This document shows positions 13,830 to 26,885 of a DNA stretch of 64,000 bases, piece by piece. Below the pieces are notes generated by a model. That model worked only from the letters and a program-made list of their open reading frames with translations. It did not search any database and was not told where the DNA came from. A program made the translations under genes and the position numbers. Position 1 is the stretch's first letter. Every line of letters starts with the position of its first letter. The stretch comes from Leucoraja ocellata (taxonomy: Eukaryota): contig JAWMAR010000424.1 of the NCBI GenBank assembly GCA_036785375.1, positions 558,001 to 622,000 on the forward strand, read 5' to 3'.

Positions 13830-15085
13830 AAGAGATAGAGTGATACAGCGTGGAAACAGGCTCTTTGGCCCAACTTGCCCACACCGACCAACATGTCCCA
13901 GCTACACTGGTCCCACCAGTCTGCGTATGGTCCATATCCCTCCAAACCTGTCCCATCCATGTACCTGTACAATTGTTTCTTAAACGTTGCATTAGTACCT
14001 GCCACAAACTACCTCCTCTGGCAGCTTGTGCCACATACCCACCACCCTTTGTGTGAAAAAGTTACTCCTCAGATTCCTATTAAATCGTTTCCCCTTCATC
14101 TTAAACCTATGTCCTCTGGTCCTCGATTCCCCCACTCTGGGCAAGAGACTCTGTGCATCTACCCGATCTATTCCTCTCATGATTTTATACATTTGATAAG
14201 ATCACCCCTCATCCTCCTGCACTCCAAGGAATAAAGTCCCAGCCTACTCAATATCTCCCTATAGCTCAGACCCTCTAGTTGTGGCAACATCCTCGTAAAT
14301 CTTCTCTGTACCCTTTCCAACTTGCCAACATTTTTCCTGTAACATGGTACCCAGAACAGAACACAATACTCTAAATGCGGCCTCACCAACTTGTATACAA
14401 CTGCAACATGACCTCCCAACTTCTATATTCAATACTCTGACTAATGAAGGCCAATGTGTCAAAAGCCTTTTTGACCACACAATCTACCTGCGACTCCACC
14501 TTCAAGTAACCAAGCACCTGAACTCCTAGATACCTCTGCTCTACAACACTCCCCAGAGCCCAACCATCCACTGTGTTGGCCCATGTTATATTTCCCAAAA
14601 TGCAACAACTCGCATTTCTCCGTATTAAATTCCATCAACCATTCCTCAGCCCACCTGGCCAATCGATCATGAACCTGCTACAATTTTTCACAACCATCTT
14701 CAGTATCTGCAAAACCACCCACTTTTGTATCATCTGCAAACTTGCTAATCTTGCTATGTGTTCTCCTCTAAATCATTGACATAGATGACAAACAGCAACA
14801 GGCCCAGCATCTGCACTCCAAGGAATAGAGTCCCAGCCTAATCAACCTCTCCCTATAGCTCAGACACTCTAGTCCTGGCAACATCCTCAGAAATCTTCTC
14901 TGTACCCTTTCAAGCTTGACAACATCTTTCCTATAACATGGTGCCCACAACAGAACACTATACTCTAAATGCGGCCGCAACAACTTGTACACAACTGCAA
15001 CATGACCTCCCAACTTCTATACTCAATACTCTGACTGATGAAGGCCAATGGGCCAAAAGCCTTTTTGACCACCTTATCTACCTGC
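13830..15085 (-). mobile_element. CR1 LINE 3' fragments (partly duplicated)
   Basis: [18 protein letters not shown] and FFTQRVV motifs in minus-strand ORFs. Confidence 0.85.
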
Positions 15086-15244
15086 GTTTTGTAGAACAAA
15101 ACAGATAGAAAAAGACCCAGATGGTTCCTCAGAACTTTCGATGTTTCATCCCTTGTTTTCTCAATTTTTTGTTAATTTTTCTCTGAATTCTAGTTTTCTT
15201 TAAATTACACGTTCAGATTAACCTTTTTTTCCCCATTTCTCCAG

Positions 15245-15577
15245 TTTCATTGCCAGAGCTTACAGCAATTGAGGTCGATCCACTTTGCCCCGAAATGGGA
15301 AAGGAAGTAACACTCTCCTGCAAAGCTTACGGATTCTATCCTGAAGCAAATGAGATATTCTGGTTCAAAGACTTTGAGAAAGTGAAAGATCCATTCAAAG
15401 TAGGAATTACTCTGGGACCAAATGAACTGGACACAGAGAATGGTTGCTATTCACGTTTATCCAAGTGGAAATTCACACCAGCTGCTGTTGACCATGGAAA
15501 AGAATTTAAGATGAAAGTCCTTCATTCTACAACTTCAGGCAACCCCAACGCTTCCAGTTACACTTTAAAATTAAAAG
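15245..15577 (+). CDS. Gene A: Ig C1-like domain 4 (F-strand Cys replaced by Met)
   Basis: ctccag|TTTCATTG ... AAAAG|gtgaat, 333 nt, phase 1-1. Motifs VTLSCKAYGFYP, IFW, ENGCYSRLS, FKMKVLH. Confidence 0.9.
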
Positions 15578-16504
15578 GTGAATATTGTAGCAGTAAAATC
15601 TGCAGCCACATCGTACCATAAGAAGTATGTGCAAAAGGCGCAGACGAGTTTTATCAAAATACTTCGGAAGGAAATGCAGATGCTGGTTTAAACCGAAGAT
15701 AGACACAAAATACTGGAGTAACTCAGTGGGACAGGCAGCATCTCTGGAGAGAATGAATGGGTGACATTTTGGATCGAGACCCTTCTTCAGTCGTTCTCTC
15801 CAGAGATGCTGCCTGTCCCACTGAGTTACTCCAGCATTTTGTGTCTAATCTTTCTCAAATGTTGCTTGGTTTAGAGGGTTTTTGCTTCAGGGAGAGGCTG
15901 GACAAACTTGAATTATTTTCTCTGGAACGCCAGAGACTGAAGGGAGACCTGATAGAAGCATATAAAATAATAATGGGGTAGACAGTCAGCCTTTTTCCCA
16001 GGGTGGAAATGTCAAAGACTCGAGGGTATAGCTTTAAAAGTGAGGGGGACTAAGTTTAATGGTGATGTGCAGGGCAAGTTTTCTACATGGAGGGTGGTGG
16101 GTACCTGGAACGTGCTGCCGATGGTGGTGGGGGTACAATAGTGGCGGTCAGCACAGACATTGTGGGCCGAAGGGACAGCCCCTGTAGTCTACTGTTCTTT
16201 GTACAGGAAATAGGGCCGTCGGGTCACCGAGTCTGCGCTGACCAGCAATCACCCCGTGTACCTTAGCGCTATCCTACACTGGGGACTATTTACAATTTTA
16301 CTGCAGCCAATTAACCGACTAACCTGTACGTCTTTGGAGCGTGGGAAGAAACCGGAGCACCCGGAAAAAAAACCTACGCAGTCAGGGGGAAAACGTACAA
16401 AGCCCGTACAGACAGCACCTGTAAGGCAGCAGCTCTATCGCTGCACCACCATGCACGATGTTATTCACTCTTGTAAATGACTCTTCTTTCATGAATTTCA
16501 ACAG

Positions 16505-16816
16505 GGATTCCAATCGTCGACGACATTAAGTATGAGCCACTAGTGGCTGCGTCTGGTTCGCAACATCGTCTCGTCTGCAAAGTTGATAACTTTTATCCAA
16601 AACAAATCAGAACAAGCTGGCTACGTAAAGGGAAACCAATATCCCATGGAGTCGAAGATGCAGTTATGAATGAGGATGAGAATGGATGTTTTCAGATGTG
16701 GTCCTCTTTGCGTATTAATCCAACTGATCTACAATTTGATGAAAAGATTTCCTTTCAAGTGAAGCATTCAAGGTTAAATACTCCAATAACAAAACAACTG
16801 TCTTTAAAACTTCCAG
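16505..16816 (+). CDS. Gene A: Ig C1-like domain 5 (F-strand Cys replaced by Phe)
   Basis: caacag|GGATTCCA ... TTCCAG|gtatgt, 312 nt, phase 1-1. Motifs LVCKVDNFYPKQIRTSW, ENGCFQMWSSL, ISFQVKHSRL. Confidence 0.9.
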
Positions 16817-17625
16817 GTATGTTTCACATAGTCTCCCTTAGGGTCCTCTGTCTCCCCTCGGTTTGCGAGTTTCCATTTTATATTTATATGTTGCACTACA
16901 TTTCTACATTGGTTGATACAGCATTGAAATCAGCCCTTCGGGCCCACGGGCCCACGCCGGCCATCGATCTCCCGTTCACACTAGTACTATGTTACCCCAC
17001 TTTCTCATCCACTCCCGACACACTAGGGGCAATTTACAGAGGGCCAATTACCCTACAAACCTGCACATCTTTATGATGTGGGAGGAAACAGGGAGAACGT
17101 GCAAACTCCACACAGACCGCACCCGAGGTCAGGATCGAACCCGGAATGTGGCGCTGTGAGGCAGCAGCTCTACCCGCTGCGGCACTGTGCTGACTTCATG
17201 ATTGATAAAAGAAGAATATTTTCAAAATGGCTGGATTCCGTACAGCACCAACAGAGATGCTGCATGATATTCCACTTTTATTGTCAGCTGTACTGAGGCA
17301 TAGTGAAATTCTTTTTTTGCTAAAAACTTCCGGGTGGGGGGGACCGCCACAGTGGTGCAGCGGTAGAGCAGCTGCTTTACGGCACCAGAATCCTGGCTTT
17401 GATCCTGACTACGGGTGCTTTCTGTACAGAGTTAGTACATTCTACTTGTGATCGAGTGGGTTTTCCCCAGGGTGCTCCAGTTTTCTCCCTCAATCTAAAG
17501 ATGTGCAGGTTTGAAGATTAATTGGCATCAATAAAAATTGTAAATTGTCACTAGTGTGCAGGATAGTGTCAGTGTACAGGGATTGCTGGTCGGCTTGGAC
17601 ACAATGGGCCAAAGGGTCTGTTTCC

Positions 17626-19708
17626 GTCCTTGTAATAACAGTGGCCTGACACCAACATAAGGGTATATAGACTTTATTGGCTACAAAGCAATACAACTTA
17701 TCTCTTAAGAGTTCCACTTAAAACTAAAGGATAAGCCAGTGGGCGTAACTACAAATGCATGACTCATAACATGAGTCATCTACACCCCCCCCCCCCCCCC
17801 CCCCTCTTAAAGAATCAATAACAATACAGACCCTTAAACTAAGCAAAGCAAGTATCACAACCAATGACAGACCGGTGGAAAGTCAAACATAGTCCAGATA
17901 CTTCACGACTGGTCTGCAAACACGACGGCACGTGTACGATAGAGGCCATCTCTCCATTTTTGTTCTCGTGGGAAAGAGCTGGTGACTTCACTGCCGAGGG
18001 GGAGTGGACCAACGCCTCTGGAGTTGAAGAAGGAGACTGGCGCAGGCGAAGATGGAACAGACAGAGGAAATGTCGCAGGCATGGAATGTTGTGCTGGCAA
18101 GAGCATGCAAGGGTCACTAGACGCAGATTGAAATGAACTTGTACGATCCAGATAATATGGAGGAGGGACTGGCTCTTTCACAGGCAGAACGAAGATGTTG
18201 CCTGTTGCGTCTGTAGGTGCCGCCATCGGCTCTAACGATGTACGAGCGTGGCTCCGAAGCAAGGCCAGAAACTACCCCAATACGGTCGTGGCCTTTGTCA
18301 GTATGTAAGCGGACCACCTGTCCCTTGGTCAGCGGTGGCAGTGGCCTACTTGACTTGTCGAACCATTTCTTTTGTATTTCACGCTTCTGTTGCAACCTGG
18401 TTTGAACCTGTTCAGGCAGAAAGACATGTGGGATTAATGCTTGATCTGCTACGGGCAGCGGGGCATGGGTCTGCCTTGACAATAAGCATTGAGCAGGTGA
18501 ACCCAAGATGGGGTCACGGGAAATGTTGCGTAAATTGAGCAGATCCAGGAATATGTCAGATTTAGCCCTGTGAGAGTGTTCCTTGAGCTGTTTTGCACTT
18601 CTGACAGTCCACTCAGCCAGCCCGTTAGACTGTGGATATTCAGGGCTGCTGGTGATGTGGTGAAAATTCCAGCGTCTAGCAAACTCTTTGAATTGTTGGC
18701 TGGTAAACTGATTGCCATTTTCAGTCAGCAGCTTGCCTGGAGATCCGTGGATGGAAAAGTGACGAGATAATTTCGAAATAGGGCTGCTGAGAACATCAAT
18801 GTTGAACCATCTTGAATAAAGGGCCTGCCCCACTTGCATGGGATTGCGTGCGTTTGGCCCGAAGTTCGCGCGTGACGTCATTTGCGTCGTGCTTACTAAT
18901 TAGCTGGGTAGAAGGCGGACCGGCTGAATTTGGGCGTCACACGGCGTCAGGCGGTGATGTCATCACGCAACGCCACGCCGGGCGGTGACTTTATCTCGCA
19001 ACGCCATGCGCTAGGCGTACGTCGTCAAGACGCTGTGTACAACCGCAATACGCCTGCGTGCCGACAGGCCGTTGGCGCGTGAAGATTTCGGCCACTGCAA
19101 GAATTTCGGAGCACCTCGTGAGGTCGGGACCAGCCCCGCACAACTCCGTGCTTCTAAGTGGGACCGGCCCCGTGCGGACATAGGGTGCCCGTACGCCTCA
19201 AGCGACCACGAGGTCGCGTAATTTGCGAGCCTAGGTCGCATTAGTGGGACAGGCCCTTAAGAATCCACGAGCACCAGGTACTGCTTGCCGTGCCAGTAAA
19301 ATGTCAGCTGCCACCGTAGACCACGGGAGCGCAGGTACAGGATGTGGCAGAAGTGGTTGCTTTTGTTGATGAGGCACCAGACTATTGCACGCAGCACAAG
19401 CTGCCACATTTTCATTCATGTATTCGGCCATACCAGGTCAGTAAACATGTTTTTTGCCCGTGAAACTGGTTCTGGCCTCCAACTGGAGGCGTGGATTCGG
19501 ATTCCACTTCTGATACCATGTCGATTGTAGTCCTTATAATAACAGTGGCCTTACACCAACATAAGGGTATATAGACTTCATTGTCTACTAAGCAATACAA
19601 CTTCTCTCTGAGTTCCACTTAAAACTAAAGGAATGCAGCAGTCGAATGCTGACAACTAATGGGCGTAACTACAAATGCATGACTCATAACATGAGTCACT
19701 AATCTACA
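17626..19708 (-). mobile_element. Internally deleted Gypsy-type LTR retrotransposon (two LTRs, PBS, PPT, integrase remnant)
   Basis: LTRs at about 17626-17784 and 19519-19708. PBS TGGTATCAGAAG on the minus strand next to the 5' LTR; G-rich PPT at about 17785-17803. Integrase motifs PWSTVAAD, YLVLVDSYSRW, HITSSPEYPQSNGLAE. Confidence 0.88.
18820..19257. mobile_element. PIF/Harbinger-type MITE nested in the Gypsy integrase
   Basis: TIRs AGGGCCTG(C/T)CCCACT and TSD TAA. Removing it restores integrase YLVLVDSYSRW. Confidence 0.85.
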
Positions 19709-19712
19709 TCAA

Positions 19713-20030
19713 CTTTGCCTCCTACCTTATCTCCTATCACAAATGACCCGGCTCCAGGGCTACTGAAAGTGAAGCAAGCTGTTAATCTCGGAGTCTCCTT
19801 GACATCCTATGTTCCTGCTCAAATCCAAGACAAGTGGCTTCTAGATGGGGAGCTTTGCCAAGGAAGGTGTGAATGCTCTCCTGAGATCACAGATGATGGT
19901 TTGTTTTAATCTAATTTGAGCATAATGTTGGAGGCAGGAATAAGTGATCACAGAAGGTTGCATCAAATGTCAGGTGCTTCATGTGAGGGCAGAAACATTC
20001 AGGAGAAGGAATTCCAATTACTCTCTGAAG
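19713..20030 (+). pseudogene. Gene A: disabled Ig C1-like exon (pseudo-exon)
   Basis: Reads (A)LPPTLSPI...SLTSYVPAQIQDKW...TDDGLF* with an in-frame TAA at 19907-19909. The F-strand motif IKCQVLH lies in a shifted frame. The donor GAAG|gtgaat is intact, but the acceptor reads tcaa instead of tcag and abuts an LTR ending at 19708. Confidence 0.75.
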
Positions 20031-21948
20031 GTGAATCTTACTCATATTATGTTCAGCATGACATTTCATTAAAGTTAGAACTGCAATGTTGATGTTAGTG
20101 TAGAGATACAACGTGGAAACAAGCCCTTCGGTCCACCGTGTCCACGCTGACAATTCATCATCCGTTCACACTAGTTCTATGTTATCCCACTTTCTCATCC
20201 ACCCGACACACTAGGGGGCAATTTACAGAGGGCCAATTAACTAACAAACCCACATGTGTACAAGATTCGGACACATATGATTCATTTATTTATAAATATT
20301 TACACTTTATAAATATTCTTGTTTTGTTGTTTTTGTTTTTTGTATGTAGTATTTTTTTTAAATCTGTTCGAAATGAATAATAATAATAAATAATTAATAA
20401 ATAAATCTTAAGAGGAATAGATCGGGTGGACGCATTGCGTCTCTTGCCCAGAGTTGGGGGAATCGAGGACCAGAGGCCAAACGTTTAAGGTGAGGGGGGT
20501 TTAATAGGAACTGAGAGGGGTAACTTTCTAACACAAACATTGCAATCAGAGGTAGTTGAGGCAGGGACTATTGCAATGTTTAAGAAACATTTAAACAGGT
20601 ATTTGGATAGGATAGGTTTAGAGGGCTAAATGCAGGCAGGTGGGTCTAGTGTAGATACGGCATGCTGGTCGGAGTGGACAAGTTGGGACAAAGGGCCTGT
20701 TTAAACAATGTATGACTATGACTCTTTGTCTTTGGGATGTAGGAAGAAACCCGCACGTTCACAGGGGGGAATGTGCAAACGCCACACAGACAGCACCGGT
20801 GGTCAGGATCGAACCCGGGTCTCTGGCGCTGCGCCACTGTGCCGTCCCTTCTCACTTCAAACTTTACACTAGATTTATTTGATTGTCTCTTTCACAACAA
20901 AGTTTCACGCTGAATAAATTAGCTTTATTTTTTACTGATGTTGAAAATAGATGCAGTTGTTTAAAATCAGCTTGGGTGAGACACTTAGTCAAAGATCACT
21001 GAAACAGGCCCTTCGGCCCAACTTGCCATTGTCAACCAAGGTGCCCCATCTAAACTAGTCCCACCTGCCCGCGATTGGCCATCTTCTATCCATCTATACT
21101 ATTGACCACTTACGGTCTGCGTTGTAACTACATTTGCGCAAAAATGATCCCCCATAGCGCTACGATTGTTCGCCACCTTACTCACCATTCTCCTCAGCTG
21201 CAAGTCAAATAGGTTTTGTCCCGAACGGTGAAATATTCTGTGAGCAGGGATCCACACCACCCCTTCCCACATGCACACCCTCCCCTACCCCAACAGCCCC
21301 CCACACCCTCCCTCCCCTACACCCCCCACATACACGCCCCTCCCCAACACCTCACCTCCCCTTCAACCCCACCTTTCCCACACCCACCCCATCCCCCACA
21401 CTCCCCCTTACCACACATGCCCCTCCCCCCACTGCACACACCCCCCCTCTACTCCCACCATCCCCCGTACCCCCACCATCCCCCCCCCCCCTACCCCCAC
21501 CATCCCTACCCCCACCCCCATGAGGTTGGAGGAGGTGCTGGTGAACCTCTGCCTCAGCTGGAATGACTGCTTGGGTCCTTGGATGGAGTCGAGGGGGGAG
21601 GTAAAGCGACATGTGTAGCGTTTCCTGCGGTTGCAAGGGAAAGTACCAGAGGAAGGGGTGATTTGGGTAGGGAGGGACAAATTGACCAGGGAGTTGGTTC
21701 AGGTAATCCTTGCTTTCACCCTCCTTCCCCTTCCCTTCACTGCTCTCCCACAGCCTACTCTCTCCACATCTTCCTCCCTTTTTCCCGCCCCAACCCCCCC
21801 ACATCAGTGTGAAGAAGGGTCTCGATCCAAAACGTTTCCTATTCCTTCGCTCCATAGATGCTGCCTCACCCGCTGAGTTTAGATTTTTCCAGCATCTGCA
21901 GTTCCTTCTTAAACATCAGGTTTAATTAAGCTCTTTTTTATTCTGCAG

Positions 21949-21993
21949 ATTATGACAAAAACGAAAATGATGTCAATGAAAAAGTCGATGAAG
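21949..21993 (+). CDS. Gene A: 45-nt micro-exon copy 1 (DYDKNENDVNEKVDE)
   Basis: ttttttattctgcag|ATTATG...GATGAAG|gtaaaa; 45 nt, phase 1-1, no stop. Confidence 0.75.
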
Positions 21994-22986
21994 GTAAAAT
22001 TCTTCATTTCCAATAGTTACTGTATTTTGAATGTTTGCTTCAAGTAGAAATTTAGATCATTACGCATGATCCAAATGTTTTCAAAATGGGTGGGGCAGCA
22101 CCTATGGAACAAAGGAATAGGCGACGTTTCGGGTCGAGACCCTTCTTTAGACTGATGTGGGCGGGGCGGTGTGGCGGGGAAAAAAGGAAGATGTGGAGAC
22201 AGTAGGCAGTGGAAGAGCTGGAAGGGGAGGGGAAGGAGGGTGAAAGCAGGGACTACCTGAAATTGCAGCAGTCAATGTTCAGACCGCTGGGGTGTAAACT
22301 ACCCAAGTAAAATATGAGGTGCTGTTCCTCCAATTCGCTCTGGACATGGAGGAGGCCCAGGACAGAAAAGTTGGATTTGGAATGGGAGGGGGAGTTGATG
22401 TGCTGAGCCACCGGGAGATCAGGTTGGTTATTGCGAACTGTGTGGAGGTGTTGGGCGAAGCGATCGGCAAGCCTGCGCTTGGTCTCACCGATATAGAGTA
22501 GTTGACACCTGGAACAGCGGATGCAATAGATGAGGTTGGAGGAGGTGCAGTTGAACCTCTGCCTCAGCTGGAATGACTGCTTGGGTCCTTGGATGGAGTT
22601 GAGCGGGGAGGTAAAGCGAAATGTGTTGCGTTTCCTGCGGTTGCATGGGAAAGTACCAGAGGAAGGGGGCGATTTGGGTAGGGAGGGACAAATTGACCAG
22701 GGAATTGGTTCAGACAGTCCTTGCTTTCACCCTCCTTCCCCTCCTCTTCACAGCTGTCCCACAGCCTACTCTCTCCGCCTCTTCCTTCCTTTTTCCCGCC
22801 CCCCCCCCCCCCCCCCCCATCAATGTGAAGAAGGGTCTCGACCCAAAACGTTCTCTATTCCTTCGCTCCATAGATGCTGCCTCACCCGCTGAGTTTCTCC
22901 ATCATTTTTATCTACCTTTGTTTTGTCCAACATCTGCAGTTCCTTCTTAAACATCAGGTTTAATTAAGCTCTTTTTTATTCTGCAG

Positions 22987-23031
22987 ATTATGGCAAAAAC
23001 GAAACTGATGTCAATGAAAAAGTCGATGAAG
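22987..23031 (+). CDS. Gene A: micro-exon copy 2 (DYGKNETDVNEKVDE)
   Basis: ctgcag|...|gtaaaa; 45 nt, phase 1-1. Confidence 0.72.
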
Positions 23032-23526
23032 GTAAAAGTCTTCATTTCCAATAGTTACTGTATTTTGAATGTTTGCTTCAAGTAGAAATTTAGATCATTA
23101 CACATGATCCAAATGTTTTCAAAACACAAAGTGCTGGAGGAACTCGGTGGCTCAGGCAGAATCTGGAAGGAATGTTTAGTTTAGAGATAGAGCTCATAAA
23201 CAGGCCCGTCGGTCAACCGAGTCCGCACCGACCAACGATCACCACACACTAACAATATCCAATACTCTAGGGACAATTTATAATATTTACCGATTCCTCC
23301 AAATCTGCACGTGTTTAGAGTGGGGGAGGTATCCGGAGAAACCCCTCGTGGTCATGGGGAATGTCCAAACTCCACACAGACAGCACCTGTGGTCAGGATG
23401 GAGCCCGGGTCTCTGGTGCTGTGAGGCAGCAACTCTACCGCTGCGCCACTGTGCCGCCCGTTATCTCTTCAAACTTTACACTAGATTTATTTGATTGTTT
23501 CTTTCACAACAAAGTTTCATGTTGAA

Positions 23527-25570
23527 AGGAAATCGTAAAAATTGTAAAGAGCCATGGTTTTCAAGGGAAATTGGACACTTGGTTCGGAAAAAGAGGGAGA
23601 TCTACAATAATTATAGGCAGCATGGAGTAAATGAGGTGCTTGAGGAGTATAAAGAATGTAAAAAGAATCTTAAGAAAGAAATTATAAAAGCTAAAAGAAG
23701 ATATGAGGTTGCTTTGGCAAGTAAGGTAAAAGTAAATCCGAAGGGTTTCTACCGCTATATTAATAGCAAAAGGATAACGAGGGATAAAATTGGTCCATTA
23801 GAGAGTCAGAGTGGACAACTATCTGCAGAGCCAAAAGAGATGGGGGAGATATTGAACAGTTTCTTTTCTTCGGTATTCACCAAGGAGAAGGATATTGAAT
23901 TATGTGAGGTAAGGGAAACAAGTAGAGTAGCTATGGAAACTATGAGGATCAAAGAAGAGGAAGTACTGACACTTTTGAGAAATATAAAAGTGGATAAGTC
24001 TCCAGGTCCGGACAGGATATTCCCTAGGACATTGAGGGAAGTTAGTGTAGAAATAGCAGGGGCTATGGCAGAAATATTTCAAATGTCATTAGAAACGGGA
24101 ATAGTGCCGGAGGATTGGCGTACTGCGCATGTTGTTCCATTGTTTAAAAAGGGGTCTAAGAGTAAACCTAGCAATTATAGACCTGTTAGTTTGACGTCAG
24201 TGGTGGGCAAATTAATGGAAAGAATACTTAGAGATAATATATATAAGCATCTGGATAAACAGGGTCTGATTAGGAACAGTCAACATGGATTTGTGCCTGG
24301 AAGGTCTTGTTTAACTAATCTTCTTGAATTTTTTGAAGATGTTACACGGGAAATTGATGAGGGTAACGCAGTGGATGTTGTGTATATGGACTTCAGTAAG
24401 GCCTTTGACAAGGTTCCTCATGGAAGGTTGGTTAAGAAGGTTCAATGGTTGGGTATTAATGGTGGAGTAGCAAGATGGATTCAACAGTGGCTGAATGGGA
24501 GATGCCAGAGAGTAATGGTGGATGGTTGTTTGTCAGGTTGGAGGCCAGTGACGAGTGGAGTGCCACAGGGATCTGTGTTGGGTCCACTGTTGTTTGTCAT
24601 GTACATCAATGATCTGGATGATGGTGTGGTAAATTGGATTAGTAAGTATGCAGATGATACTAAGATAGGTGGGGTTGCGGGTAATGAAGTAGAGTTTCAA
24701 AGTCTACAGAGAGATTTATGCCAGTTGGAAGAGTGGGCTGAAAGGTGGCAGATGGAGTTTAATGCTGATAAGTGTGAGGTGCTACATCTTGGCAGGACAA
24801 ATCAAAATAGGACGTACATGGTAAATGGTAGGGAATTGAAGAATGTAGGTGAACAGAGGGATCTGGGAATAACTGTGCACAGTTCCCTGAAAGTGGAATC
24901 TCATGTAGATAGGGTGGTAAAGAAAGCTTTTGGTGTGCTAGCCTTTATAAATCAGAGCATTGAGTATAGAAGTTGGGATGTAATGTTAAAATTGTACAAG
25001 GCATTGGTGAGGTCAATTCTGGAGTATGGTGTACAATTTTGGTCGCCTAATTATAGGAAGGATGTCAACAAAATAGAGAGAGTACAGAGGAGATTTACTA
25101 GAATGTTGCCTGGGTTTCAACAACTAAGTTACAGAGAAAGGTTGAACAAGTTAGGGCTTTATTCTTTGGAGCGCAGAAGGTTAAGGGGGGACTTGATAGA
25201 GGTTTTTAAAATGATGAGATGGATAGACAGAGTTGACGTGGAAAAGCTTTTCCCACCGAGAGTAGGGAAGATTCAAACAAGGGGACATGACATGAGAATT
25301 AAGGGACTGAAGTTTAGGGGTAACATGAGGGGGAACTTCTTTACTCAGAGAGTGGTAGCTGTGTGGAATGAGCTTCCAGTGAAGGTGGTGGAGGCAGGTT
25401 CGTTTTTATCATTTAAAAATAAATTGGATAGTTATATGGATGGGAAGGGAATGGAGGGTTATGGTCTGAGCGCAGGTACATGGGACTAGGGGAGATTATG
25501 TGTTCAGCACGGACTAGAAGGGTCGAGATGGCCCGTTTCCGTGCTGTAATTGTTATATGGTTATATGGTT
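23527..25570 (+). mobile_element. Young 5'-truncated CR1 LINE with an uninterrupted RT ORF
   Basis: 664-aa ORF 23495-25489 with [27 protein letters not shown]; (GTTATATG)n tail. Absent from the sister repeat units, which read ...gttgaataaagtagttatat. Confidence 0.95.
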
Positions 25571-26242
25571 AAAGGAGTTATATTTGTTACTGATGTTGTC
25601 AATAGATGATTTTGGATGTTCAGTTGTTTCAAATCTGCTTGGGTGTCATAGATCACGGGAAAAGGCCCTTCGGCCCAACTTGCCCTTGTCAACCAAGGTG
25701 CCCCATCTAAACTAGTCCCACCTGCCCGATTGGCCCATATCCCTCTGAACCTATCCTATCCATGTTCCTGCCCAAGTGTTTAATACTCTGACTTTGTAAG
25801 TGCCAATTTGATTTGACTAATGTCAGGTTTAATAGTAAGATTAAACGAGAACTTACCAGTTTGAAGTTTGATCTTGATTTTATGAGGAGTTACGATGAGC
25901 GATTACGTGAAGAAGGGCCGTCCGTCTGCGTGCGCGTCAATCTTCAAAGCAGCGGTGTTAAATCACAGATAAAAAGAAGACCTGAGAATAGTAAGATTGA
26001 AGAAACTAGAACTTCCATGTGACCTTGATAGTATGAAGGTGGGAGCGGTGGGCACGTAATCACTCATCGTAACTCCTCATAAAATCAAGGTCAAACTTCA
26101 AACTGGTAAGTTCTCGTTTAATCTTACTATTTTACTTTGGAGTCACGTGAGTGACTACGTGAAGATTTCAAAGCTCTGTGATTTTACGCCGGTTACGAAT
26201 CCAGGCATCACACACTGAATGGATTGACCATGGATGCGTGTA

Positions 26243-26885
26243 ATCAAGTCAAGTTTATTTGTCACATACACATACGAGATGTGCAGTGAAATGAAAGTGG
26301 CAATGCTCGCGGACTTTTGTGCAAAAGACAAACAACCAAACAAATTATAAACACAATCATAACACACATATTCTTTTACATAATAAATAATGGAAGGAAA
26401 AACGTTCAATAGAGTTAGTCCCTGGTGAGATAGGCGTTTACAGTCCGAATGGCCTCTGGGAAGAAACTCCTTCTCAACCTCTCCGTTCTCACCGCATTGC
26501 AACGGAGGCGTTTGCCTGTCCATAGCAGCTGGAACAGCCCGTTGCAGGGGTGGAAGGGGTCTCCCATGATTTTATTTGCTCTGGAGTTGCACCTCCTGTT
26601 GTATAGATCCTGCAGGGGGGCGAATGAAGTTCCCATAGTGCGTTCGGCCACTACTCTCTGCAGAGCCTTCTTGTCCTTGGCAGAGTAATTCCCAAACCAG
26701 TTGGTAATATTTCCGGACAAGATGCTTTCCACCGCCGCTGCGTAGAAGCACTGGAGGATCCTCGGAGACACTCTGAATTTCCTCAATTGCCTGAGGTGGT
26801 AAAGGCGCTGCCTTGCCTTACTCACGAGTGCTGATGCGTGTGATGCCCACGTCATATCCTCGGAGATGTGGACTCCCAGATCATT
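26243..26885 (-). mobile_element. Rex1/Babar- or L2-type LINE 3' fragment nested in DIRS
   Basis: KARQRLYHLRQLRKF, VESILSGNITNWFG, RLRRSFFPEAIR; (TTGAC)n tail. Confidence 0.75.

Noticed and set aside
5855-16816. Ig heavy-chain, IgNAR/IgW or TCR constant-region locus
   Set aside because: The TM exon precedes the domains and lacks the conserved antigen-receptor TM motif. Several domains lack cysteines, and no J segments or secretory tail were seen.
23495-25489. 664-aa ORF as a host gene or domesticated RT
   Set aside because: A 5'-truncated CR1 ORF2 with a typical tail. Its start codon is borrowed from flanking sequence and it lacks the endonuclease.
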